In this document: one piece after another, positions 40,026 to 51,037 of the stretch
Layout: every line of letters begins with the position of its first letter
How positions within the stretch are numbered: the stretch's first letter is position 1
NCBI GenBank assembly: GCA_963716985.1
Contig: OY970323.1
Span: forward strand, 1,568,001-1,632,000
From: an uncultured bacterium
GTDB lineage: Bacteria > Chlamydiota > Chlamydiia > Chlamydiales > SM23-39
Length of the DNA stretch: 64,000 nucleotides
Direction: 5' to 3'
The notes under the pieces: model-generated
The model's input: only the letters and a program-made list of their open reading frames with translations
What the model was told of the DNA's origin: nothing
The model's database searches: none
Translations under genes and position numbers: made by a program

Positions 40026-41376
40026 AAATTTGATTCCAAAGATGGGAGAGAAAGCCCCGCGTGGTTGGTATCCCATCTTGATGATCATCATGTGCATTAG
40101 GCTAGTGCTCCAAGCTACTATTTCATTTCGCGCAGCTCCTAAGGCGATTCATATTGCATTTTCTCAATTCGATGCTGTCAAAGATCAACCGATTCCAACA
40201 TACAAAAGCATCAGCAGATGGCTAACGCAGATAGGTCTCTATAAGTTGAATTGCCCGAAAGAACAAGCAAATGACTGGGCACTAGTCATTGACAATTCAG
40301 TCCAAATTGGTACTCAAAAATGTCTTGTAATTTTAGGAATGCGTCTGAGTAAGTTTCAGAAGGGAAAAGCACTAACTCTCGAGGACATGGAAGTACTGAT
40401 TATAGAGCTCCATGATCAGTCCAACGCGAATATTGTCTGCAGGGCATTGGAGAATGCACAGAAAAAAATTGGAAAGGCTGCTATGGTATGCGCTGATGAT
40501 GGTTCAGATCTCCGAGGCGGAATTGAACTGTTTTGTCAGAAGCATGGTGCTGGCCGCGTTTTTGACACTATTCATAAAATTGGCACTTTTTTAAAAAAGA
40601 TTTTCGAGGATGATTCGGAATGGCAAGCTTTTTCAACAGCTGCGGCAGCTGCCAAGAATAAGATGCAGCAAACACAGGCAGCTCATCTCATGCCACCCAA
40701 CCAAAGGACGAAGTCTCGATTCCTCAATATCGAGATTCTTGCGCGATGGGGAATTGACATTATGGTTGCCATAGATACGCCGAACCATCCTGACAAGGAT
40801 CTGCTCGAACAATACTGTGGCTGGATTCGTCAATATACAGGGCTCATTGAAAGATTGAAACAATTTGACCTCATCAGTCGGAAAACTAGACAGTATATCC
40901 GCGAGAATGGAGTGAGTTTTAGCACAGGAGAGCAGATAGATGCATTTTTGGAAGAGGAAATGAAGTCCTTAAATTTTAATGCAGAAGCATGCGAATACGC
41001 TGGAGCGCTGATAGATTTCTTCTACGAACAGTCGAAAGTCGTCCCTTTTGGACAAACCTGGCTTGGTTCAAGCGAAATCATAGAATCTCTATTTGGAAAA
41101 TTGAAAAGTCTCGAGAATGACCAAAGCAAGGGAGGCTTCACGCCGCTTATTCTGGGAGTAGCTGCGTGCGTCGGTAAAGTGGATATTGCTTTGGTGAAGG
41201 CAGCCATGACACATATAAAGATAAGTGATGTCGACACGTGGACAAGAGAACAGGTCGGATCGACGCTACTTTCCAGAAGAAGGAAAGCTTTGGCGTTCTG
41301 GAGAAAAAAGAATTTTCAAAAAAATATTGTACACGAATCGGCTGGAGCCGTCAGGAGCGAAGCGATTGGTTTTTAG
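40004..41376 (+). CDS. DDE transposase ORF B
   Basis: VIDNS, ADDGS, FDTIH (DxxH) and SSEIIESLFG motifs. Start uncertain: slippage at A10 or ATG 40042. Confidence 0.75.
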
Positions 41377-41576
41377 TGGTCAACTATCAATTTGTCACAC
41401 CCCACTCCCAAGCCGCGCAAGATCCTTTATATTAAATAAATTATCTTTTTATGCTCTATATATTTTAAATAATTACTTTAACTATTAAACAAATTAATTG
41501 AATTATGTTATCATTTGTTAAAAAGAGTCTATTGTACATGATCAAATAGCCGTAAGGCTCTAAAAAAGAAGTTTTT

Positions 41577-42206
41577 ATGAACGAGATCGGTCCGCTATTT
41601 CCAACATCCCCGTTATTTGTTTCAACCTCCTCGCTTCCCAAGAATACTCCTTCTCTCTCCGATCGAGCAGATCTGCTCTATCTCACCATACAAAATCGCA
41701 TCGCCCAAATGGGAGATTTGCAAACTCTCTTGCGCCTCTCCCCTCTCTATGAAATAATCTCCACTCTGAAAAACATGGCAGAGATGCATCTTCTATCTTC
41801 CGAAGAGGCCAAAGAAATCACCGATCGTCTCAACGGCCTTGAAGAGGAAATGCGCTCTTCTTCCCAAGATCTTCTCGATCAGCTATCCAGCGTAAAGGAA
41901 TCCCTCTCAGACATTCGCTTGGGATTTCAAAATGGAAATACAAACGCAAAGATCGCCTATCTTCTCTCGCAGCTCCCCCTCATCTTCTGCGATGGAGCAA
42001 ACGAGCAAAGATCGATGGAGATAAAAAATTCACTCATAGAAAAAGTGGCCCCTTTGCAAAGTGTTTTGCAACAGATGTCCCCTTTAGAGAAAAATCGATG
42101 GCAAAAAAAACTTGCCCTCATTGAAGAGGGCTTGCAAAAGAGACGGGCGCATGCGGAATTTTCAGAAAAGGACGTAGAAGAGTTCTTTAAAAATCTCGAA
42201 TATTAA
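41577..42206 (+). CDS. Hypothetical alpha-helical protein
   Basis: 209-aa ORF with a P/S/T-rich N-terminus; convergent with ftsQ. Confidence 0.65.
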   Translation: MNEIGPLFPTSPLFVSTSSLPKNTPSLSDRADLLYLTIQNRIAQMGDLQTLLRLSPLYEIISTLKNMAEMHLLSSEEAKEITDRLNGLEEEMRSSSQDLLDQLSSVKESLSDIRLGFQNGNTNAKIAYLLSQLPLIFCDGANEQRSMEIKNSLIEKVAPLQSVLQQMSPLEKNRWQKKLALIEEGLQKRRAHAEFSEKDVEEFFKNLEY

Positions 42207-42209
42207 TGC

Positions 42210-43118
42210 TCATTGGATAAAGCCGAGCTTGTCCAGACGCAAATCAATCGTTTTTGCTTGATAGCGCACCTCTTTTCCCGGTGGATGAAGGCCCTTCATC
42301 TGCTCTTGATAATCGCCCATCATTTTATGATGCAAAACCAGATAATTTCCCATTTGCTGTGCGTAATGGTTCGCGCTCAATCGAAGGATTTGGGGGAAAA
42401 CGGCGGTAAAGGTAGTTTTTTTTTCTCCAATTTTCAGCTCTGTTTTTGTGAGAATCACGATCTCTCTTTTTCCGTAACTATCGGCAAAAATTTGAGACAG
42501 ATCGATTCTCTCTACCGTAAATGCTCCTCGAACGGTTTCGGGAGAGAGAAGCTTTAAAAGATGCAGGGCCACCTCGATCTGTTTGCCCGCAAGAGGCTCA
42601 TTCCAGCTCGCAGTCTTTCTCTGTTTTAACGGACCTTCCTCTTGGGCCGGCACGCCAAAAGGAGGCAGGTCCAAATAGATCTCGGGCATCTTTTCAAAAG
42701 AAAGAAAGGGAAGAAGCGGGAGAAGAGAACCATTTTCGTCGATCGCAACATTTTCAAAGTCCAAAAGAGTTGCCACGGGTTTTTTCAGTGCATAGGTCAC
42801 GCAAATTGTCTGGGGCCAAATTTTTTTCAGAGTAGCGGTTTTAATGAGAGGGAAAGCGAGCATTTTTTCTGCCGCTTTCTTTTCATCCCAAACGTAAAAA
42901 TCGGGAGGATGGTCGGAAGAGAGCTCTAAGAGCTGTTCTAAAAAAAGCGTCGGCAGTCCCGGCGCCCCCCCTTTTTTTTGCACAATCCTTAAGATCGGGG
43001 TGGGATGAGAAGAGGCTCTTTTTTCCCTCCAAATTTGCAGAAAGAAAGAGGAGATGAGCGCCATGCCTCCCATGAGAAAGAAAAACCCGATCAAGAATAA
43101 AAAAACCTTGCGTCTCAT
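42210..43118 (-). CDS. ftsQ: Chlamydial FtsQ-like divisome protein
   Basis: N-terminal TM, POTRA-like FPLIKTATLKKIWPQTICV, C-terminal IDLR; downstream of murC-ddl. Confidence 0.75.
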   Translation of the reverse strand: MRRKVFLFLIGFFFLMGGMALISSFFLQIWREKRASSHPTPILRIVQKKGGAPGLPTLFLEQLLELSSDHPPDFYVWDEKKAAEKMLAFPLIKTATLKKIWPQTICVTYALKKPVATLLDFENVAIDENGSLLPLLPFLSFEKMPEIYLDLPPFGVPAQEEGPLKQRKTASWNEPLAGKQIEVALHLLKLLSPETVRGAFTVERIDLSQIFADSYGKREIVILTKTELKIGEKKTTFTAVFPQILRLSANHYAQQMGNYLVLHHKMMGDYQEQMKGLHPPGKEVRYQAKTIDLRLDKLGFIQ

Positions 43119-45511
43119 CCGATCAATCGACTCTTCAAACGTTTTCGATAAAATGCCGAAATAATGAGCTCATGCATGAGAGAAATAGATTCAATGCCGC
43201 GGCTTTTCCAGGAAAGCGGATAGGCGCTAAAATCGGTAAATCCCGGAAAGGGATTGATCTCATTCATGTAATATTGCCCGTCTGTGCTCAAGAAAAAATC
43301 TACCCTTGCAAGCCCCTGGCATCCGGCAAAACGATACATGTTCAGAGCAAGCGCTTTGCCCTCCTCTATTTTTTCCTGCGGAAGATGGGGCGGAATTTGA
43401 GTCAGCGAGCCCGGGCTATATTTCTTCTCATAGCTATAGAATTCTCCTTGCGATCTGATTTGCGCCACATCGCCCATGTCTTGCCAGTCATGTCCGCGGA
43501 TAGAAAATTCGATCTGCTCCCCGACTACCTCTTTTTCAATAATAAGATCGCTATCATACAAAAATGCGTTGTCGATCGCTTTTTCAAGAGACTCTGCATC
43601 CGGCGCTTTGCGAACTCCAATGCTGGAGCCCAAACGGCAGGGCTTGACATAAACAGGCATGAGGCCGCTTGCAAGTATTTCTTCGAGAATATCTTGGCGC
43701 CGTCTCTTCCAATCAAAGAGAGAGACCTCCAGAAAGGGGGCAGTGGGGATCTTCTTCGCAAGCGCCAGGTGCTTCAGCCACCCCTTATGCATGCAAAGAG
43801 CTCCTGACATATAGTCGCAGCCCACATAAGGAATGTTCATCGCTTCTAAGAAAGCGCCCATCATTCCATCCTCTCCTCGAGGACCGTGAAAAACGGGGAT
43901 CGCAACTTCGCAAGAAGCAAGGGCGGAAAGAATCTTTTTAGAGATCATGGGCTCATGTTCCGACAGCTCTTCCTTTGCCTCCAAACGCTTGAAAGAATCA
44001 ACGCCTTCGATCCATTTACCCTTTTTTGTCAGTCCAAAATATTGCACGTCATAAACCGCGGGATCCAGACCCCTGGCAATGTTCTTGGCAGACAAAAGAG
44101 AGATCTCATGCTCGGAAGAATTCCCCCCGAAAAGAAGTGCTACCCGCCAGCGTTTGATTTTTTTCTTTGTAAAGATTTTTGCCACGCGGTCTCCTAAAAG
44201 CGTCACATCGCCGGCGCCCATGGCGATAAAAACATCATGGGGCCGTAGAAAACCTGCAAGATCTTTGATCTTTTCTTTGGGGAGATAGGATATGGGGAGC
44301 AGGGAGCTCTTCTGCATGTGGCTGACAAGAGAGGGAGAATCAACGCCTTCGATCGGCATTTCTGAAGCTGCATACAAATCGGTGATAAAGAGGTGATCTG
44401 CCTCTTCGAAAGCAGGCCCAAACGCGGAAAAGAGATCTTTCGTCCGGGAGTAGCGATGGGGCTGGAAAAGCACCACGATTCGTCTCTCCTTGACCGATTC
44501 CCTCAGAGCAGAAAGCGTGGCCTTGATTTCGGTGGGATGATGGCCATAGTCATCAAAAAAGCAGACGTGGTTGATCGATTGCTTTTTCTGAAGACGGCGG
44601 GCTACTCCGGAAAATTGTAAGAAAGCAGAGCGGATCTGCTCCTCCGTAAGCCCCAAACGCAAACAGAGGCCAAAAACAGCTGCAGCGTTGCAAGCATTAT
44701 GCTTTCCCGCAAGCGGAAGAAAAATTTTTTCAAAGCGTCTGTTTTCGAACAAAAGGGTCATTTCAATGGAAAAATCCTTTTGAGAAAATTGTTCGATCCG
44801 AAGATCTGCCTCTTTGGAAAATCCATAGGAAACCCCGCCGGGAGATAGCAATCGTAGCGCAAGGTCGTCCGCACACCAGAAAAGATGCTCTTTGGAAGAA
44901 ACCTGAGAAAAAAAGGTTTGAAATGCCTCTCTCATTGTTCTCTCTTCTTTCCAATAATCCATATGTTCGCGCTCGAGATTCGTGACGATGGCGCCAAAAG
45001 CTTTGGATTGTAAAAAAGAGCCGTCGCTCTCATCGGCCTCGGCAACAAAATAAGATCCCGTGCCAAGACGTCCGTTGGTCTCATAGGCGTCGATGATTCC
45101 TCCCGCTACAAAGGAGGGGTCGAATCCCGACTCCACAAGAACAGTTGCGAGAAGACTCGTCGTGGTAGTTTTCCCATGAGTGCCCGTAACAAGAAGGGGT
45201 TTTTGTCCTTGCATGAGCCAATCCAGCAGTTCCGATCGATGCAAAAGGGGGTATCCGAGCTTTTTTGCCAGGATCATTTCCGGATTATCGACGCTCACCG
45301 CGCTGGAATAGACAATGCAGGATTTTTTGGACAAGTTTTTCTCAAAGTGGCCGATCGTAATTTTCGCCCCCAACTTTCGCAGTGACTTCACAATCGCATG
45401 AGCGGAAAGGTCGCTTCCGGAAACACGCTCCTTCTTCTCTAAAAGAATACGCGCAAGAGCGCTCATGCCAATGCCGCCAATCCCAATCAAATGATATCCT
45501 TCTTTTCTCAT
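43115..45511 (-). CDS. murC-ddl: Bifunctional MurC / D-Ala-D-Ala ligase
   Basis: IGIGGIGMS, GTHGKTTT, EADESD, DYGHHPTE; then GGNSSEHEIS, HGPRGEDG and NEINPFPG. Confidence 0.96.
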   Translation of the reverse strand: MRKEGYHLIGIGGIGMSALARILLEKKERVSGSDLSAHAIVKSLRKLGAKITIGHFEKNLSKKSCIVYSSAVSVDNPEMILAKKLGYPLLHRSELLDWLMQGQKPLLVTGTHGKTTTTSLLATVLVESGFDPSFVAGGIIDAYETNGRLGTGSYFVAEADESDGSFLQSKAFGAIVTNLEREHMDYWKEERTMREAFQTFFSQVSSKEHLFWCADDLALRLLSPGGVSYGFSKEADLRIEQFSQKDFSIEMTLLFENRRFEKIFLPLAGKHNACNAAAVFGLCLRLGLTEEQIRSAFLQFSGVARRLQKKQSINHVCFFDDYGHHPTEIKATLSALRESVKERRIVVLFQPHRYSRTKDLFSAFGPAFEEADHLFITDLYAASEMPIEGVDSPSLVSHMQKSSLLPISYLPKEKIKDLAGFLRPHDVFIAMGAGDVTLLGDRVAKIFTKKKIKRWRVALLFGGNSSEHEISLLSAKNIARGLDPAVYDVQYFGLTKKGKWIEGVDSFKRLEAKEELSEHEPMISKKILSALASCEVAIPVFHGPRGEDGMMGAFLEAMNIPYVGCDYMSGALCMHKGWLKHLALAKKIPTAPFLEVSLFDWKRRRQDILEEILASGLMPVYVKPCRLGSSIGVRKAPDAESLEKAIDNAFLYDSDLIIEKEVVGEQIEFSIRGHDWQDMGDVAQIRSQGEFYSYEKKYSPGSLTQIPPHLPQEKIEEGKALALNMYRFAGCQGLARVDFFLSTDGQYYMNEINPFPGFTDFSAYPLSWKSRGIESISLMHELIISAFYRKRLKSRLIG

Positions 45512-46629
45512 GCAAAAACCCTCCCGATTGCGCAGATCATGTCGCAAAGCGTTTTTGGATGCAGACGCGACCTTGCTTTTTTGAACTCTTGGATCTTTTT
45601 CTTATGATAGGAAAGGCGGGATTTTTTTTGACAGATCTTCCGAAACAACAGATCCGGCGTTGCACTCTCTTGCAACACCATCTCGCCCCCCCGGACATTC
45701 TCGTGCATATATCGTGCATTCACACTCTGGTGCCCTTGGGCATAAGGATAGGGAATCAAAAGATAGGGCAGATCAAAAGTGATCAGCTCAGCGCAGGTCG
45801 AAGCGCCTGCTCTACAGATGGCCATATCAGCCGACTGAAAAAGAGGCGCCATGTTTTTTTCAAAAGATCGCACATAAAAAGGGATCGAATGCTTCTCGTA
45901 AAAACCGGCAAACCACTCGGGATTTTCTCCCGTCAAATGAATGATCTGAAAGGCAATCTTTTGCGCACGCAGCAATTCCATAGCCGCAACGATCGTTTCA
46001 TTGATAAATTTTGCCCCTTGAGACCCTCCAAAAACAAGCAGAGTAAAAAGATCCGGCTTTATGCCAAGCATCTCTCTTGCCTCCTTTTTTTGCGGAATCG
46101 ACGGAGGCAGTTTCCATGGCAATAAAGGCACGTAGGCCACGCGGCCCAACTCCATTTTCTCCAAGGGAAATTGCAAGGCAACAAGCGCCGCTTTTTTTGC
46201 GAAAAAACGATTGACTCTCCCCAAAGATCGATCGGGCTGAAAGATAATGATGGGAATTTTTTTGAGCCATGCAGCAAAGAGAAGCGGAAAAGAATGATAG
46301 CTTCCAAAACCCACGACCACATCGGGAAGCAAAGAAGAGAATAGGCGCAAACTTTGCCACACACCTTTGCTTAAGTAAAAAAAAGAGCGCAACATCTGCC
46401 AAGGAGTTTTTAAACAAACGCTTGCGCTGGCAATGTCATAAAATTCAAAACGCTTACGATCGAATAGCGAACTTTCGCTCAAACCCTTTGCGGCAAAAAC
46501 AACGCGGCAATTTTTTTCCAAAAGATCGCTTGCAGCCATTTGTGCTGGGAGCAGATGGCCGCCCGTTCCTCCGGCTGCAAGAAGAATGCAGCGCTTAGGA
46601 TGCAAGGGACTCTTTTTTTCGAGAGACAT
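45508..46629 (-). CDS. murG: MurG glycosyltransferase
   Basis: GGTGGH, GGSQGA, RAGAST and HQSVNA motifs. Confidence 0.95.
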   Translation of the reverse strand: MSLEKKSPLHPKRCILLAAGGTGGHLLPAQMAASDLLEKNCRVVFAAKGLSESSLFDRKRFEFYDIASASVCLKTPWQMLRSFFYLSKGVWQSLRLFSSLLPDVVVGFGSYHSFPLLFAAWLKKIPIIIFQPDRSLGRVNRFFAKKAALVALQFPLEKMELGRVAYVPLLPWKLPPSIPQKKEAREMLGIKPDLFTLLVFGGSQGAKFINETIVAAMELLRAQKIAFQIIHLTGENPEWFAGFYEKHSIPFYVRSFEKNMAPLFQSADMAICRAGASTCAELITFDLPYLLIPYPYAQGHQSVNARYMHENVRGGEMVLQESATPDLLFRKICQKKSRLSYHKKKIQEFKKARSRLHPKTLCDMICAIGRVFA

Positions 46630-47701
46630 ATTCAATATGAAGTAAAAGGGTTAAAGCAAGGATGTTTGCAATGAGCGCCGTCCCGCCCTGAGAGAAAAAG
46701 GGCAAGGTGGTTCCTTTGCTGGGCAAGAGTCCCGAAACAATTCCAAAATTCAAAAAGGCTTGGAAAGCAATTAATAGAGTCATGATCATGGCCACATAAA
46801 AACCCAGCTGATCGGCGGCCTTCACGGCAATGGAAAAACCGGACCAGGCCATCAACATGTAGATGAGAATGAGCAGACAAACGCCGACAAAGCCAAACTC
46901 TTCCGCATAGATTGCTACCAGATAATCCGAGCGGGCTTCGGGCAGATAGTTGAGCTTTTGCAAACTTTCCCCAAGCCCCCGGCCAAACAGCTGCCCCGAT
47001 CCTGCCGCAATTTTTGCCTGATAGGGTTGATGGCCCTTGCCTAAAATATCGAGTTCGGGATGGAGATAAACCCGTATACGGTCGGGCACGTGCGGCATAC
47101 GCGAGGCAACCACTCCTCCAAGAAGCACAAAAAAGAGGAAAGGGAGCATCCAATAGACCATCTTGATGCGAGAGAGATAGAAAAGGATCAATAAAGAAAA
47201 AAGAATAATGCCCGTAGTTCCATTGTCAGGCTCTATCAAAATGAGCGCAATCGGAAGGAGAAAAATCAGCATGCGTCTGCAAAAATCCTTAAAATTCACC
47301 GGCCCTCCGTCCGCTAGCTGGCGATGGACGAAATAAATCGGAATCAAATATTTGGCAAATTCAGAGGGTTGAATCGTAAGTCCAAAAAGTCCAATCCAGC
47401 GATGGGCTCCATTGATCTCTTGTCCCAGGGGAGGAATGAACACGAGTATTAAGGAAAGCGTTACAAAAAAAAGAAAAAAGGGAGATAGTCTGACCAGCTG
47501 ATGATAGCCCAAAGTCCACACGCAGAGAGCCAGCAAAATACCGACACAAGCATAAGAGATCTGCTTAAAAAGGATGAGATGGGTCTCATTATTTCCTTGT
47601 CGATCGATGGCTTCCGCAGCCGTGGTGTTGAAGATCATCAAAAGGCCCATCGAAAAAAGGAAGGAGGCGCAAATCAACAAGATAAAGGTATATTTACCCA
47701 T
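46595..47701 (-). CDS. ftsW: SEDS protein FtsW
   Basis: GAHRWI, QPSEFAK, EPDNG, AEEFG and LPFFSQGG motifs. Confidence 0.95.
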   Translation of the reverse strand: MGKYTFILLICASFLFSMGLLMIFNTTAAEAIDRQGNNETHLILFKQISYACVGILLALCVWTLGYHQLVRLSPFFLFFVTLSLILVFIPPLGQEINGAHRWIGLFGLTIQPSEFAKYLIPIYFVHRQLADGGPVNFKDFCRRMLIFLLPIALILIEPDNGTTGIILFSLLILFYLSRIKMVYWMLPFLFFVLLGGVVASRMPHVPDRIRVYLHPELDILGKGHQPYQAKIAAGSGQLFGRGLGESLQKLNYLPEARSDYLVAIYAEEFGFVGVCLLILIYMLMAWSGFSIAVKAADQLGFYVAMIMTLLIAFQAFLNFGIVSGLLPSKGTTLPFFSQGGTALIANILALTLLLHIEYVSRKKESLAS

Positions 47702-47702
47702 A

Positions 47703-48476
47703 TCAACGAATTCTCAGCTTATCGCCGGGACGCAATTTCTTTGCTTTTTCTTTCGTGAGATGATTCAACCGAAGAAGCTCCTCTACCTTCATGTGGTGCT
47801 TGATTGCAACGGTCCATGGATTATCTCCATGCTTGATCACGTAGTATGCAGACGACTGGCCAACCGTTGTTTCGCTTTTCTGTTGCCAATCGGTTTTCTG
47901 CACGGATTCATGGAGCGGAATGCGCAATTTTTTTCCTACTTGCAAAAAGCTTCCCTCCAAATGATTATTCATTTTGATTTCCTGGACGGAAGAGTGGTGT
48001 CTGCGCGCTAATTTATCAAGAGAATCTCCCTTTTTGACAACGACCTCGAGAAAGGGATCCCTATTCTCCCGAGAAGCTTTTGCTTCGGCGAGATTTGGCT
48101 CCGGCGGATTGACCAAAACCGGCTCGGAGCTACTACCGTCTTGAGATGCCACTTCGGGCAATTTGTGCACCATTTGCGGCTCTGTCTGCAGCGCGGGCAA
48201 GTTTTCCGAACCATTCTCGGCTATCTGGAGCGGGACCGGTTCTTTTGCGCTATTTGCCCCTGCTGCTTTTCCCTCTTTTTTCTGCAAATCTGCACTCTCG
48301 CCCTCCTGCGTCAAAAGAACCATGCCGTCCGGATTTTTTTCCAAGATCGCGCTTGCCACCTCAACGGATGCAAGGGTTTTTTTATCCTCGCGGGAAACAA
48401 CGGCGCTAATAAAGAGGATCAAGAGAAGTGCAGCGTTAGCAACGGCGGTAACAATAATGATGTTTTTACGATTCAT
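47703..48476 (-). CDS. Membrane-anchored two-LysM protein (chlamydial NlpD-like)
   Basis: N-terminal TM; two LysM domains (VKKGDSL, IKHGDNPW); located between murD and ftsW. Confidence 0.9.
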   Translation of the reverse strand: MNRKNIIIVTAVANAALLLILFISAVVSREDKKTLASVEVASAILEKNPDGMVLLTQEGESADLQKKEGKAAGANSAKEPVPLQIAENGSENLPALQTEPQMVHKLPEVASQDGSSSEPVLVNPPEPNLAEAKASRENRDPFLEVVVKKGDSLDKLARRHHSSVQEIKMNNHLEGSFLQVGKKLRIPLHESVQKTDWQQKSETTVGQSSAYYVIKHGDNPWTVAIKHHMKVEELLRLNHLTKEKAKKLRPGDKLRIR

Positions 48477-49756
48477 GGAATTTTTTCCTCCTTTTCTAGG
48501 CGATGGACGATGCGTTTGAACTCATCGCCGCGATGCTCATAATTTTTAAACATATCATAACTCGAACAACCGGGCGATAAAAGAACAGCATCTCCCCTTT
48601 TTGCCAACCGATAAGCCAGATCGACGGCTTCTTGAAAAAGGGCTACTTTCCTTACACGCTGCCCATTCAATGCCTTTGCAATCTTCTCTTTGCAATCGCC
48701 GATCAAGATCACCTCTTTCACCCGGTCCTGAAATGCCATCTTCCAACCATGATACTCTAATCCTTTATCATATCCGCCCGCAATGAGCAAGATCGGTTTT
48801 TCGATCGCTTGAACGGCGTATAGGACAGACTCGACGTTGGTCGCCTTGCTGTCATTGTAAAATGAAATCCCATTTATCTCAGCCACAAACTCCATTCGAT
48901 GGGGCGGCTTTTGAAATTTCTCATAGGCAAAAGCAAATTCTTTTTCCGTAACGCCAACATGCGAGCAAAGGTGGTAGGAAGAAAGAACGTTTTCTCTTTC
49001 GTTGAAAGGCGAGTTCCCTTTGAGCCGTTGAAAAAGCGCTTCCTCTTTTTTTTCATCAAAAGAGATGGTTTTTTCCCTTTTTAAAAAAGAAGCATATTCT
49101 TGAAAAAGAGCCTCCGGCAGATAAAGCCTGCCCTCTTCTTTCAAACATTGCTGCAAGCGCAGTTTTGCCTTTGCGTATAGCTCCATATGGGGATAGCGGT
49201 CCATGTGATCGGGTGTGATATTGATCAAACAGGCGGCATCAAAAAATTTTCCCTGCAGCATCTCAAGCTGGAAGGAAGAAACTTCGACAACGCAAAAATC
49301 CGGAAGAGGATTTTTTGCCAAATAGCCGCTCAAGCTTCTTCCCACATTGCCCAATGCTTCGGCTTGCAGTCCCTTTTCTTTCAAAACGCTTGCAGTTAAA
49401 AGAGTGACAGTTGTTTTTCCGTTGCTTCCCGATACCGCAAGGCACGTTCCCATCACGTGCTCGAGTCCGAGCTGTAGCTCTCCGATGATTGAAACTCCCT
49501 TCTTTTTTGCCTCTTGTACTAAAGGGTGGGAAAGGGGGACTCCCGGAGAGAGCACGATTCGATCATACAAGGAGAGTCGCCCAAGAGAAGAGGCCTCGCA
49601 CAGGTGGAGGCCCTCTTTTTGCATTTGCAAAAGATCTAGATCCTCTTTCAAGGATCCCGGATGATCGTCATAGCCAAAAACCTCTTCTTTTTTCGCTAAA
49701 AGCAAAAGAGCTGCGCCCTTCCCGCTTTTTCCAAGCCCTACAATCAGATTTTTCAT
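48473..49756 (-). CDS. murD: MurD ligase
   Basis: GLGKSG, SPGVP, GSNGKTT, EVSSFQL and NDSKATN motifs. Confidence 0.96.
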   Translation of the reverse strand: MKNLIVGLGKSGKGAALLLLAKKEEVFGYDDHPGSLKEDLDLLQMQKEGLHLCEASSLGRLSLYDRIVLSPGVPLSHPLVQEAKKKGVSIIGELQLGLEHVMGTCLAVSGSNGKTTVTLLTASVLKEKGLQAEALGNVGRSLSGYLAKNPLPDFCVVEVSSFQLEMLQGKFFDAACLINITPDHMDRYPHMELYAKAKLRLQQCLKEEGRLYLPEALFQEYASFLKREKTISFDEKKEEALFQRLKGNSPFNERENVLSSYHLCSHVGVTEKEFAFAYEKFQKPPHRMEFVAEINGISFYNDSKATNVESVLYAVQAIEKPILLIAGGYDKGLEYHGWKMAFQDRVKEVILIGDCKEKIAKALNGQRVRKVALFQEAVDLAYRLAKRGDAVLLSPGCSSYDMFKNYEHRGDEFKRIVHRLEKEEKIP

Positions 49757-49763
49757 AAACACT

Positions 49764-50993
49764 CTATTGAATTTTCAACGAAGCAATTCCAATGAAGGCA
49801 AGTAAAAGCCCTATGATCCAAAATCGAAGAACTACCTTGGGCTCGGGCCAGCCTTTATATTCAAAATGATGATGCAGAGGAGCGCAGAGGAAAATCCTCT
49901 TCTTGTTGCGATAGCGAAAACTCAAGACCTGTAAAATGACGGAAAGCGCTTCTGCGACAAAAATGCCGCCCACGAGGGCAAGCAAAAACTCCCGACGAAG
50001 CAAAATCGCCGACACTCCCAAAATCCCCCCTAAAGCAAGCGACCCCGTATCTCCCATGAACACTTGCGCCGGATAGCCATTATACCACAAAAAGCCAAGA
50101 CAGGCGCCCATCAGCGCCAAAAGATAGACGGCAATCTCGGCGCTTCCCTCGATATAAAGAATGTTCAAATAGGCAGCCATTCCCAAGTGGTTGGATAAAA
50201 AACCAACGATGGAAAGAACAGTGGCCACCATCATCAAAGAGCCTGCCGCAAGCCCATCCAGTCCATCGGTCAAATTGACCGCGTTCGAAGATCCTACAAT
50301 CACAAACACGATGAGAAGAAAGGAAAGGAGAAGGCCCCATCCGGTGAAATGGCCAACGGCCTCTTTAAAAAACGGAACGTAGATCCGCCCGATATATTGT
50401 TGTGTCGTGAGATTGTGCACCGTCACGATATTTTTCTCATGGCTCGTTTTTTCCGCAATCTGCATCTTTGCAACCGGCGCCGAAAGCTTGCCGCTCCTTT
50501 CAACAAAAGAAGTCGCCTGGGGGCATAAAAGATAGAGCGCTACGATCGATGCAAAGAGAAGCTGTATGCGGATCTTCCATCTCCCTTTCAAGCCTTTGCT
50601 ATTTTTGTGCTTGAGTTTGAGATAATCATCCCATCCCCCCAAACCGCCGAGCACAAGCGTTGTCATCATTAAAATCCAGGTGAAGACATGGGTCAAGTCC
50701 ATCCACAAAAAAAGAGAAAGAAGCAGGGAGAAGAGAATCAAAATCCCCCCCATGGTGGGCGTCTCTTTTTTCTTGCTGTGCAATTCAGCCAAAAGCGGGC
50801 ACTCTTTCTCATCTCGTATGGGCTGGCCGATTTTCAGCGCGTAGAGTTTTTTGATGAAAAAGGGCCCGCAGAAAATCGTGATAAGAAGAGTCGTGATAGC
50901 GGCGAGCAGCATCCTCGTAGAGCTATAAGTAAAAACGGTCGGCACCTTCATGCCAAGCACTTTTTGCAGAAAACTGACGATGAAAAAAACCAT
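49764..50993 (-). CDS. mraY: Phospho-N-acetylmuramoyl-pentapeptide transferase
   Basis: TPTMGG, NLTDGLDGL, FMGDTGS and APLHHH motifs. Confidence 0.97.
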   Translation of the reverse strand: MVFFIVSFLQKVLGMKVPTVFTYSSTRMLLAAITTLLITIFCGPFFIKKLYALKIGQPIRDEKECPLLAELHSKKKETPTMGGILILFSLLLSLFLWMDLTHVFTWILMMTTLVLGGLGGWDDYLKLKHKNSKGLKGRWKIRIQLLFASIVALYLLCPQATSFVERSGKLSAPVAKMQIAEKTSHEKNIVTVHNLTTQQYIGRIYVPFFKEAVGHFTGWGLLLSFLLIVFVIVGSSNAVNLTDGLDGLAAGSLMMVATVLSIVGFLSNHLGMAAYLNILYIEGSAEIAVYLLALMGACLGFLWYNGYPAQVFMGDTGSLALGGILGVSAILLRREFLLALVGGIFVAEALSVILQVLSFRYRNKKRIFLCAPLHHHFEYKGWPEPKVVLRFWIIGLLLAFIGIASLKIQ

Positions 50994-51037
50994 ATTCCCT
51001 TAAAGACCTTAGATCATAAAAATATTCCATTCACGCG

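Larger units (their letters stand above)
39493..41404 (+). mobile_element. Mutator-like (IS256/ISKra4/ISLre2-superfamily-like) IS with two ORFs (1912 bp)
   Basis: IRs TGGGGTGTGACAAA / TTTGTCACACCCCA; 9-bp TSD CTCCCAAGC (39484-39492, 41405-41413). Confidence 0.88.

Noticed and set aside
43115..45511. MurC-Ddl fusion as a novelty
   Set aside because: This is the standard arrangement in chlamydiae.
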